From: an uncultured Hyphomicrobiales bacterium
GTDB taxonomy: Bacteria; Pseudomonadota; Alphaproteobacteria; Rhizobiales; TMED25
Length of the DNA stretch: 64,000 nucleotides
Reading direction: 5' to 3'
Assembly: GCA_905181735.1 (NCBI GenBank)
Contig: CAJIYR010000008.1
Coordinates: 12,002-76,001 of the forward strand
Shown: positions 39,046 to 47,890 of the stretch, piece after piece
How positions within the stretch are numbered: position 1 is the stretch's first letter
Layout: every line of letters begins with the position of its first letter
Made by a program: the position numbers and the translations under genes
Notes under the pieces: generated by a model
Told to the model about the DNA's origin: nothing
The model's database searches: none
What the model saw: the letters and a program-made list of their open reading frames with translations, nothing else

Positions 39046-40527
39046 ATGATACAAGGAACCGGCTCAAGCGTTGGAAAATCTCTTATAGTTGCTGGATTAT
39101 GCAGATTGTATAAAAAAAAAGGCTTTAAGGTTTTTCCTTTTAAGCCACAAAATATGTCAAATAATGCTGCAGCAACAATTGATGGGGGTGAAATTGGAAG
39201 AGCTCAAGCTCTGCAAGCACTTGCTTCGGGAATAGACCCAATAACAGAATTAAACCCAATACTGTTAAAGCCAGAATCTAAGAATAAATCACAATTAATA
39301 GTGAACGGAAAATATAGACAAACTATATCAGGAAAAGGCTATCAGACCATTAAACAATCATTACTAACAAATGTAATAGAAAGTTATAAAAAAATTACAG
39401 AGACTGCAGATCTGATTATTATTGAAGGAGCCGGTAGCCCTGCAGAAATAAACTTAAGAGATGGCGATATAGCAAATATGGGGTTTTCAACAAAATTAAA
39501 TATTCCAACTATCTTAGTTGGAGATATAGATAGAGGCGGTGTTATTGCTAGTATAGTTGGCACACATGCTGTACTAAACACTGCAGATAAAGATAATATA
39601 ATAGCATTCATTGTAAATAAATTTCGAGGCGATCCTGAACTATTTAAAGATGGCATAACGGAAATAACAAAAAGAACAGGATGGCCATTCCTAGGATTAA
39701 TTCCTTATTTTGAGTTGGCAAAATTTTTACCAGCCGAGGATTCATTAGATTTAGAGAGAATTATCTACGAAAAAAATCAAAAACCTAAAAAAACTATAAA
39801 AATTACAATCCCGGTATTAGGTAAAATTTCTAATTTTGACGACATTGATTCACTAAGAATGCAATCTTTTATTGAAATAAATATGATCTCTTCCGGAGAT
39901 GTGGTTCCAGATGATACAGACATTGTCCTATTATTAGGATCAAAATCTACTATCAATGATCTAATTGAGTTAAAGAAAAATGGGTGGGACATAGATATTA
40001 AAGCACATGCAAGAAAAAATAAGATTGTAATTGGACTATGCGGAGGCTATCAGATGCTTGGAAAAATTATAGACGATCCCTTTGGTGCAGAAGGTTCGAT
40101 TAGAAAAATTGATGGGTTGGGACTCCTTGATGTCATCACAGTCTTAGAAAAAGAAAAAAAAGTTAAAAAATTAATTGCTACCCATCTTTTTGACAATAAA
40201 ACCATTGAAGGCTATGAAATACATCTTGGGAAAACCTCAGGATTAGATTGTGATAGACCAATGTTTAAATTTGACCAAAAAATGGAGGGTGCAATTTCAT
40301 CAAATTATAAAATATACGGAACTTATCTGCATGGTTTTTTTAACAATAAAGGAGCGTGTGAATGGCTTTTAAATTTATGCAATCAGTCTAACTATAAAAA
40401 TGATATAGTAGATTATAATATAAAAGTTAACGAAATACTCGACAGCCTTGCCGAACACCTAGAAAAACATTTGGATTGGGAAAAAATATTAGAAATATCA
40501 GAAAATTATGCTAGGAATAAACACTAA
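39046..40527 (+). CDS. cobQ: cobyric acid synthase
   Basis: 493 aa with an N-terminal GTGSSVGKS motif and a C-terminal glutamine amidotransferase domain (GLCGGYQMLG). Confidence 0.9.
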   Translation: MIQGTGSSVGKSLIVAGLCRLYKKKGFKVFPFKPQNMSNNAAATIDGGEIGRAQALQALASGIDPITELNPILLKPESKNKSQLIVNGKYRQTISGKGYQTIKQSLLTNVIESYKKITETADLIIIEGAGSPAEINLRDGDIANMGFSTKLNIPTILVGDIDRGGVIASIVGTHAVLNTADKDNIIAFIVNKFRGDPELFKDGITEITKRTGWPFLGLIPYFELAKFLPAEDSLDLERIIYEKNQKPKKTIKITIPVLGKISNFDDIDSLRMQSFIEINMISSGDVVPDDTDIVLLLGSKSTINDLIELKKNGWDIDIKAHARKNKIVIGLCGGYQMLGKIIDDPFGAEGSIRKIDGLGLLDVITVLEKEKKVKKLIATHLFDNKTIEGYEIHLGKTSGLDCDRPMFKFDQKMEGAISSNYKIYGTYLHGFFNNKGACEWLLNLCNQSNYKNDIVDYNIKVNEILDSLAEHLEKHLDWEKILEISENYARNKH

Positions 40528-41469
40528 TAACAAAATAATAACACCAACTATATTCGCTGTCGTATAAATCCAAAGACTTCTTGTTAAATGATTATCATCA
40601 ATATCTCTTTCCCCAGACACATTCATAATACCTTCATCTACCTCTCCTTGCTCATATATCCTTAGTCCACCTAGAGATACTCCAAGGGCTCCTGACATTG
40701 CGGATTCAGGCCAACCAGAATTTGGCGAACTATGTTTATTATGATCTTCTTTTGTAATCTTTATAGACGACTTAAAGTCTTCTCTTAGAATAAAGGATGC
40801 TATAATTATTAAAACCGCTGAAAATCTAGCTGGAACATAATTCAATAAATCATCGAACCTAGCTGTAAACATACCAAAATCAACATATTTACTATTTTTA
40901 TGGCCGATCATACTATCTGCAGTATTGATTAATTTATATATCAATAAACCAGGTATGCCAAAGATTAAATACCATAATATAGGCGCAACAACACCGTCAG
41001 AAAAATTTTCTGCAAGGCTTTCAATAGCAGCCCTTAGGATACCTCCAAAATCTAAGTTACTTACATCCCTTCCAACAATAAGTGACAGCTTACTCCTGCC
41101 CCCTGCTAATCCTTCTTGTATTAGAGAGGAATTAACAACTTTTACATGGTCAAATAACGACCTAGCAGCAATAAATACAGACACAAAAATAGCTTCAAAT
41201 ATTATACTAAAAGGGAATATTAGAAATAATTTTTCAAGAAATAATCCTATCAAATAAGCAAGAAATGTCATTGCAACAACTACAGCTGCTCCATTTAAAA
41301 TTTTTGCATTAGAAGAAAATTCTTCTCTATTGAATTCATTATCTAACCAATCTATAAATTTTCCAAAATACTTTATAGGGTGATTTATTTTTTTCCAAAA
41401 AAAATGATTATCTCCCCAGATTCCATCAATTGCCAAAGCTATCAAAATAATAAAAATATGTTCGTTCAT
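40498..41469 (-). CDS. cobD: adenosylcobinamide-phosphate synthase (CbiB/CobD)
   Basis: 323-aa polytopic membrane protein matching the CbiB family pattern. Its 3' end overlaps the cobQ 3' end by 30 nt. Confidence 0.85.
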   Translation of the reverse strand: MNEHIFIILIALAIDGIWGDNHFFWKKINHPIKYFGKFIDWLDNEFNREEFSSNAKILNGAAVVVAMTFLAYLIGLFLEKLFLIFPFSIIFEAIFVSVFIAARSLFDHVKVVNSSLIQEGLAGGRSKLSLIVGRDVSNLDFGGILRAAIESLAENFSDGVVAPILWYLIFGIPGLLIYKLINTADSMIGHKNSKYVDFGMFTARFDDLLNYVPARFSAVLIIIASFILREDFKSSIKITKEDHNKHSSPNSGWPESAMSGALGVSLGGLRIYEQGEVDEGIMNVSGERDIDDNHLTRSLWIYTTANIVGVIILLLVFIPSIIF

Positions 41470-41486
41470 TTAAGCACACACCCATG

Positions 41487-42479
41487 TTATATTTTTCTAA
41501 TTGTATTAATAAGATATTCTAAAGTTTCTTTATCCTTTGGAACGCCTACCCTTATCCACCGACTATTATAATCAAATATTCTTGTCCAAATACCCTTATT
41601 AGCCAACTCATGTTGTATTTTTTTCGCATTTTTTACTGATATTAATGTAAAAAACGCAGTACTTCCATTAATATTATAACCTGATGAAAATAAATCTGAA
41701 TTTAATTCTTCTGATAATTTTAATAAAAGCGACCTCGTTCCTTTAATCCAATCAATATCTGATATTGCTTTTGTTGCAATATTTAATGCTACGGTTGATA
41801 CCGGCCAAGGTCCAAGAATATTTTCTAGATTATATATTTGATCTTTGTTACCGATAGCAAACCCTATCCTTAAACCAGCTAAGCCAAAAAATTTACCAAA
41901 TGATTTAAGTATAATAATATTCTTATTCTGCAAATTTTTTACAAAAGATAATTCAGGTGTAACATCTATAAATGATTCATCTATAATTAATAGACCATTG
42001 TTTTTCTCTATTTTACTGTATATCTCTTCTATATCAGAATGACTATATATCAAACCATCTGGATTATTTGGATTGGTAACAACAATTATATCTTCATTTA
42101 AAATCTGGTCTATTTTATTTATCTCTCTTACAGAGTGATTTGCACTCTTCCAAGAAATTGAATGCTCACTGTACGTTGGAGAAAAGATTGCAACATTTTT
42201 TTTAATACTAAAAATATACGGCAATATATTTATCAAGCTTTGTGCGCCAGAAGAAATGCAGAGACTATTGGCATTCAAAACTCCATAATAGTTTTTAGCA
42301 GCAGCGACCAATTTATCATAAGAATCTTTTGTTGGTAGCGTGTCTAAATTTGACAAAATAATGCCTGTGCTATCATAGCTATTTGGGTTTATACCTGTTG
42401 AGAGATCAATCCAGCTATCAATCAATATGTGATTGAATGCCTTCTTCGCCTCTGTCAAGTCGCCTCCATGTCTCATCAA
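41487..42479 (-). CDS. cobC: threonine-phosphate decarboxylase (class I/II aminotransferase fold)
   Basis: 330 aa with a PLP-lysine region SFGKFFGLAGLRIGF. It lies between cobT and cobD. Confidence 0.75.
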   Translation of the reverse strand: MMRHGGDLTEAKKAFNHILIDSWIDLSTGINPNSYDSTGIILSNLDTLPTKDSYDKLVAAAKNYYGVLNANSLCISSGAQSLINILPYIFSIKKNVAIFSPTYSEHSISWKSANHSVREINKIDQILNEDIIVVTNPNNPDGLIYSHSDIEEIYSKIEKNNGLLIIDESFIDVTPELSFVKNLQNKNIIILKSFGKFFGLAGLRIGFAIGNKDQIYNLENILGPWPVSTVALNIATKAISDIDWIKGTRSLLLKLSEELNSDLFSSGYNINGSTAFFTLISVKNAKKIQHELANKGIWTRIFDYNSRWIRVGVPKDKETLEYLINTIRKI

Positions 42480-42533
42480 ACACCGATCTTAATTATATTA
42501 TATATTTGGATCCACGCATTTCAATCAAAGGTA

Positions 42534-43559
42534 TTAAAGCTTATTTGAAACCTTAGCTTCATCAAAAGTTGCCATGTTGTTGTGAATATTCAGTGCTGTA
42601 ATCAATATTTGCAAAGAAATTGCAGCTCCAGACGCCTCTCCTAATTTCATATTAAGGTCCAGGATTGGTTCTTTTCCAATATTTTCTAATAATCTACGAT
42701 GACCTTTCTCGTCCGATAGATGGCCTACAATACAATGGTCGAGTGATCCTGGACTAATTTTATGCATTATAGCTGCAGCAGCACAAACTGGAAATCCATC
42801 AAGAATAACCGGGATTCTTTCAAATCTAGACGCCAAAATAGCACCAAATATTGCTGCAAATTCTCTTCCACCCATACACCGCAAGATTTCAAGGGGATTT
42901 CTATTCTTATGTAATTTTAAAGCCTTTTCTATAACTTGAACTTTTGTTTCTATCATTTGCTTGTCTGCGCCCGTTCCGGAACCTACCCAATCTATAACAT
43001 CACCGCCGTATAATGCGGCACAAATACAAGAAGCAACCGTTGTGTTACCAATACCCATCTCTCCTAAGCACAACACATCTGGTCCACTGGATATCGCTTC
43101 CCTCCCATACAATATAGCAGAGATACAATCTTTTTCGCTCATCGCCTCTTCTTTACAAATATCACCAGTTGGGCTTTCGATAGCTAAGTCAAATACTTGC
43201 AGACCTGTATCATGAATTTTACATATTTGATTTATAGCAGCATATCCGGATTTAAAGCTATTTACCATTTCTTCAGTGACTGAACTTGGGTAAGGGGAAA
43301 TAGAATTGGAAGTAACACCATGTGTAGAAGCAAAAATTGCGACCATATTATTTTCTGCTGATGGAGGATATCTGGCTTGCCAACCAGAACACCACTCTAC
43401 TAAATCTTCCAATCGTCCGAGTGATTTTTTTGGTTTCAATAAATCTTTATCCCTTAACCTAACGTTATCAATAGAATTTTGATCTATATCCGGAAAATTA
43501 TCAAAAAAATTAATTATATCATTGAAAGATGGTAAAGATTTTGGTTTGATATTATTCAT
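42534..43559 (-). CDS. cobT: nicotinate-nucleotide--dimethylbenzimidazole phosphoribosyltransferase
   Basis: 341 aa with the GEMGIGNTT motif, and size typical of CobT. Confidence 0.9.
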   Translation of the reverse strand: MNNIKPKSLPSFNDIINFFDNFPDIDQNSIDNVRLRDKDLLKPKKSLGRLEDLVEWCSGWQARYPPSAENNMVAIFASTHGVTSNSISPYPSSVTEEMVNSFKSGYAAINQICKIHDTGLQVFDLAIESPTGDICKEEAMSEKDCISAILYGREAISSGPDVLCLGEMGIGNTTVASCICAALYGGDVIDWVGSGTGADKQMIETKVQVIEKALKLHKNRNPLEILRCMGGREFAAIFGAILASRFERIPVILDGFPVCAAAAIMHKISPGSLDHCIVGHLSDEKGHRRLLENIGKEPILDLNMKLGEASGAAISLQILITALNIHNNMATFDEAKVSNKL

Positions 43560-43614
43560 TAATAATACTATCCTTAATTTGTATCGGCAGTTATATATTC
43601 ACAGGAGGCTAATT

Positions 43615-44418
43615 ATGATTAAAATTAAATATCTATCTTCTTTTGTCAATGAATTTGGTGATTATAAAAAAGATATATTACATTTATTGTCATTTTTTAC
43701 CATCATACCAATAAAATCAAATACAAAAACTAAGCTCTCAAAATCATTATACGCATTGCCACTCGTTAGCTTAATAATTGGCGTTATTGCTGCTATACCT
43801 CTGTTAACTCTATCTTTGATTAACATGCCTAATTTAATTATCTCAATAATTACAATTTTTACATTGATACTTGTAACCGGCGCTCTACACGAAGATGGGA
43901 TCGCTGATTTTATGGATAGCTTTGGCGGAGCAAAATCAAAAACTAAAAAAATAGAGATTCTAAGTGATAGCAATATTGGCTCGTATGGAACGATTGCACT
44001 TATATTATCAATATTAACTAGAATTATAGCTCTTTATTTAATACTGGAATCAAGTGGAATTTTATCTGCAATATCCGCTCTCCTTGCGGTATCTGTATTA
44101 TCAAGAACTTCAATGATACATATTCTGGCAACGCTTCCAGCGGTTAAAAAAAGCGGTCTTGGTCATAGCGCAACAATGCCAGAAAAAAATATTTTGATTT
44201 TTAGTTATTCCTTGTCAATACTCATTATATCACTATTAACAATTCCAGCATTTGGCTTTCTAGGACTCTTCTTTGTAATTTCTTCCGGAATCTTAGCATC
44301 TCTATTAGTAACATCAATAGCATTTAAACATTTAGGCGGCCAAACAGGAGATGTTTGCGGAAGTGTTCAACAAATATCAGAAATATTAATATATTTATCG
44401 CTACTTATAATCATATAA
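43615..44418 (+). CDS. cobS: adenosylcobinamide-GDP ribazoletransferase (cobalamin synthase)
   Basis: A polytopic membrane protein with the GALHEDGIADFMDSFGG motif. The start is taken at ATG 43615, 6 nt after AGGAGG (43603-43608), rather than at ORF start 43522, which overlaps cobT. Confidence 0.85.
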   Translation: MIKIKYLSSFVNEFGDYKKDILHLLSFFTIIPIKSNTKTKLSKSLYALPLVSLIIGVIAAIPLLTLSLINMPNLIISIITIFTLILVTGALHEDGIADFMDSFGGAKSKTKKIEILSDSNIGSYGTIALILSILTRIIALYLILESSGILSAISALLAVSVLSRTSMIHILATLPAVKKSGLGHSATMPEKNILIFSYSLSILIISLLTIPAFGFLGLFFVISSGILASLLVTSIAFKHLGGQTGDVCGSVQQISEILIYLSLLIII

Positions 44419-44460
44419 TATAACTTAAAATTTCTAAGAAAATAATGCACCTAAATTAAA

Positions 44461-45957
44461 ATGTATAAAAAAGTAAGAACAGACCTAAAGCCAAATACGT
44501 TAGAATTCGAAAATATACCTTTTGTAAATGAAAATGGTTTTCGTGAATACGATGTCCGGTGGAAGTACCCAGATGAAATAAATTTACCTGGAATCCATAT
44601 ATTAGGCTTGGCGATTGCTAATTATCTAATAGAAAAAAAAGTTCAAAAAATCATCATTGCCCATGACTACAGATCATATTCATCGTCAATAAAATTAGCT
44701 TTATCATCTGGGTTGGTTGCCGGAGGATTAAAAGTTTTTGATATTGGTCTGGCAATAACACCTATGGCCTACTTTGCTCAAAAATTTTTAAATATTGACG
44801 GTGTTGCGATGGTTACAGCCAGCCATAACGAAAATGGGTGGACAGGAATTAAAATTGGCTACGAACCTCCGCTTACACTTGGACCAAATGAAATTATTGA
44901 CTTAAAAGAAAGAGTCTTTGGCAATAAAATAAAGCAAATTGATGGTGGCGGGTATGAATTTATAAACAATATATCCAACGCTTACACAAAACAATTACTA
45001 GACAATAAAAATTATTCAAGAAAGATTAAAGCCGTTGTTGCTTGCGGAAATGGCACTGCAGGATGGTTGGCACCTGACATACTAGAGAAACTAGGGGTTG
45101 ATGTAGTGCCCCTTCATTGTGATCTAGATTATCGATTTCCAAATTACAATCCGAATCCTGAAGATATGATTATGTTAGATTCACTATCAGAATGCGTTAT
45201 AGAAAATAATGCAGATATAGGATTAGCTTTTGACGGAGATGGCGATAGATGTGGAGTGGTTGATAATAAAGGAAATCCAATTTTTGCTGATAAAATAGGT
45301 GTATTAATAGCAAGAGGAATATCAAAAAAATATAAGAATTCAAAATTTATCGTTGATGTTAAGTCAACAAGTCTCTTTCAAACGGATGATATTCTCAAAA
45401 AAAATAGTGCGAATATTGAATATTGGAAAACTGGTCACAGTCATATAAAAAGAAGATCTTACGAGACTTCTGCAATAGCTGGATTTGAAAAAAGTGGTCA
45501 TTATTTCTTTAGTAAGCCAATAGGATACGGCTATGATGATGGTTTATCGTCTGCTATAAATATACTTAACTTGCTAGAGTCTAACAAGACATTATCAATG
45601 TTTGATTTGTATCAAACATTAGAAATAACATGGGGCACACCAACAATGAATGCCCACTGTCCCGATGAAAAAAAATACTCTTTAGTAGACAATGCGGTAA
45701 AATATTTTGAGGGATTAAAAAAAAATAAAACTAAGATTGACGGTCAATTCATATCAAAAAATATAACTATTAATGGAATAAGATGTACACTCTCAGACGG
45801 CACGTGGGGACTAATTAGAGCTTCATCAAACAAACCTGAATTAGTGGTAGTAATAGAGAGCCCCGTGTCTGAGAAGCGCATGCGGGCGATGTACGAAATC
45901 ATTAAAGACTGGATTAATAAGCAAGACGAGGTTGGAAAATTTAATCAAACCATATAG
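44461..45957 (+). CDS. phosphomannomutase/phosphoglucomutase
   Basis: 498 aa with the active-site loop TASHNENGW and the Mg site FDGDGDRCG. Confidence 0.85.
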   Translation: MYKKVRTDLKPNTLEFENIPFVNENGFREYDVRWKYPDEINLPGIHILGLAIANYLIEKKVQKIIIAHDYRSYSSSIKLALSSGLVAGGLKVFDIGLAITPMAYFAQKFLNIDGVAMVTASHNENGWTGIKIGYEPPLTLGPNEIIDLKERVFGNKIKQIDGGGYEFINNISNAYTKQLLDNKNYSRKIKAVVACGNGTAGWLAPDILEKLGVDVVPLHCDLDYRFPNYNPNPEDMIMLDSLSECVIENNADIGLAFDGDGDRCGVVDNKGNPIFADKIGVLIARGISKKYKNSKFIVDVKSTSLFQTDDILKKNSANIEYWKTGHSHIKRRSYETSAIAGFEKSGHYFFSKPIGYGYDDGLSSAINILNLLESNKTLSMFDLYQTLEITWGTPTMNAHCPDEKKYSLVDNAVKYFEGLKKNKTKIDGQFISKNITINGIRCTLSDGTWGLIRASSNKPELVVVIESPVSEKRMRAMYEIIKDWINKQDEVGKFNQTI

Positions 45958-45978
45958 ATAGATTCATCTATATACACA

Positions 45979-46986
45979 TTATGCCGCAGTCTTTTTTATA
46001 TGACTTTGCAATGCTTCAGAATAGGTTTCATAAGACTCAAGAATATATCCTGGATTAACTTCTTTGTAGTTAACACTTGTTAAATTTTTTCTCCAGACCT
46101 TCGCAGAAGGTGTATTATAAAAAAAATTAATAATTGGACGAATAAGATTTGGAATAGATACTCCCGATGAGTGCTGTAAATAAGCATAATCTAGATACTG
46201 TTCCAACAAAACTCTGATATCAAAATCATGATTTGATACTCCAAAAATCTCTTCATCGACATTGGCCAGCAACATTGGATCCTGAATAATAGCTCTGCCC
46301 AACATAACTCCATCAACTTTATTTAAATGGCCTTTAATATCAGAATAACTTGTTATGCCACCATTTATTACTATTGGTGTGCTAGAAAATAATTCTTTAA
46401 TTTCATAAACAAGATCATATATTAGCGGGGGGACTTCTCTATTTTTTTTAGGACTAATTCCTGATAAAAATGCTTTCCTAGCATGTATGATAATTGCATC
46501 TACGCCAGCTTCAGTAATGTGCTTAATAAATTTTTTTAGCTCTATTTCAGGATCTTGATTATCTATACCAATCCTGCACTTCACAGTGACTGGTATCTTT
46601 ACTTTTGATTTTATTTCTTTAACACATTTTGCAACGAGTCGAGGCTGATCCATTAAACAAGCACCAAAATTTCCCGACTTAACTCTTACTGAAGGACATC
46701 CTATGTTAAGGTTAATTTCATTGTACCCATAGGACTCTGCAATTATTGAGCATTGAGTAAGTTTCTCTGGATCCGATCCGCCTAGTTGAAGAGCAAGAGG
46801 ATTTTCACTTAAATTATAATTTAGCAATGACTTAGTATCACCGTAGATCAAAGCATCTACAGATATCATTTCTGTATACAAACGTATATTAGATGAAAAC
46901 AAGCGCATTAAAAACCTAAAATGCCTATCGGTATATTCCATCATTGGAGCTATACAAAATCTATAGGTATTTGAATGATTTTCCAT
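45979..46986 (-). CDS. dusA: tRNA dihydrouridine(20/20a) synthase
   Basis: 335 aa with the APMMEYTDRHFRF motif and the TIM-barrel Dus pattern (NLNIGCP). Confidence 0.9.
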   Translation of the reverse strand: MENHSNTYRFCIAPMMEYTDRHFRFLMRLFSSNIRLYTEMISVDALIYGDTKSLLNYNLSENPLALQLGGSDPEKLTQCSIIAESYGYNEINLNIGCPSVRVKSGNFGACLMDQPRLVAKCVKEIKSKVKIPVTVKCRIGIDNQDPEIELKKFIKHITEAGVDAIIIHARKAFLSGISPKKNREVPPLIYDLVYEIKELFSSTPIVINGGITSYSDIKGHLNKVDGVMLGRAIIQDPMLLANVDEEIFGVSNHDFDIRVLLEQYLDYAYLQHSSGVSIPNLIRPIINFFYNTPSAKVWRKNLTSVNYKEVNPGYILESYETYSEALQSHIKKTAA

Positions 46987-46999
46987 AAATACGCCCCAA

Positions 47000-47599
47000 T
47001 CAATGCCCTAAGCCAAATATTGACTCACCTCTGTCAATAACTAATGGGATTATCAAGTCTTCCTCGTCAATCATGTGATTATATAATAACTTTATCAAAA
47101 AATCATTCTCTTTTGAAAAACTCTCTATTGTGTATTTAAGTTTATCGTGTTTCTTATTTTCAATTTCATTTACTAATTTCTGGGCCAGCGCAAGAGAATT
47201 ATCCATTGTATTATGGATAATTTCATGATCAGATTCTAATAAATCAAAACCATAACGGAAAGCACCGCTCTTATTATATAAAATTGGAAAAATATGATTA
47301 TCCTCTACAGAATGATGAGAATGAAGTTGTGATAAAGTTAAATTAAATCTTTCAGGAAAAAGTTCCATAAATTTCTTATCTGTAATAATTCCATCTCTAT
47401 ATTGATGAACAACATATTCAAGAGAACTGCCCAGCTCTCTTAATAGTTCGTGTCTACCAAGCCAAAATTGAGACCAATTTCCTAAATTTATGTTACCATC
47501 CCATACTTCACGGGGGTATTTATCTAAAAGATCTTGCAGAGACTTAGGAAGCCCTTTTCTCTCATTTAAATAATCATTATCTTTAATATTATTAGTCAC
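47000..47599 (-). CDS. hemerythrin-like (HHE cation-binding) domain protein
   Basis: 199 aa with His/Glu/Asp motifs HSHHSVEDNHIFP, ESDHEIIH and NHMIDEEDLIIP. GTG start at 47599. Confidence 0.5.
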   Translation of the reverse strand: MTNNIKDNDYLNERKGLPKSLQDLLDKYPREVWDGNINLGNWSQFWLGRHELLRELGSSLEYVVHQYRDGIITDKKFMELFPERFNLTLSQLHSHHSVEDNHIFPILYNKSGAFRYGFDLLESDHEIIHNTMDNSLALAQKLVNEIENKKHDKLKYTIESFSKENDFLIKLLYNHMIDEEDLIIPLVIDRGESIFGLGH

Positions 47600-47890
47600 G
47601 CTCTTAATTGCTTTCGTAAATATTTTATTTAAAAATTCATGTCATAGAGACATATGTTATAGCATAATTTGAATGTTTTTTTATATTTTTTTAAAAAAAA
47701 ATTAACCCTTTATTAATTAGTTAAATATTTATATATAACAATAACTTATAATAAATTTTTCTATTAATTTTTCATAATTATACACTATTACACTATTTTT
47801 TTACTGGACATTTTATGATATTTTCGAATCAATAGTAAATGATTCGGTTTAGCGGCAACTAAAATACCGTATCAAGAGGAGGAATGGCTG

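Noticed and set aside
43522-43614. Upstream extensions of ORFs offered by the track: cobS from 43522, msrB from 61392, mrpG from 54892, LysM protein from 19329, ccmE from 52641, cimA from 21571 and DUF1491 from 53542.
   Set aside because: The extensions overlap neighbouring genes or add non-homologous residues. Internal ATGs give family-typical N-termini. For cobS the internal ATG follows a good Shine-Dalgarno sequence, and several of the others abut the preceding stop codon.
45952-45973. Hairpin TATAGAT-N6-ATCTATA between convergent PMM and dusA, considered as a bidirectional terminator. Similar AT palindromes occur at 31571..31593.
   Set aside because: The stem is almost exclusively A-T pairs with no flanking U-tract, so it cannot be distinguished from chance palindromes in AT-rich sequence.
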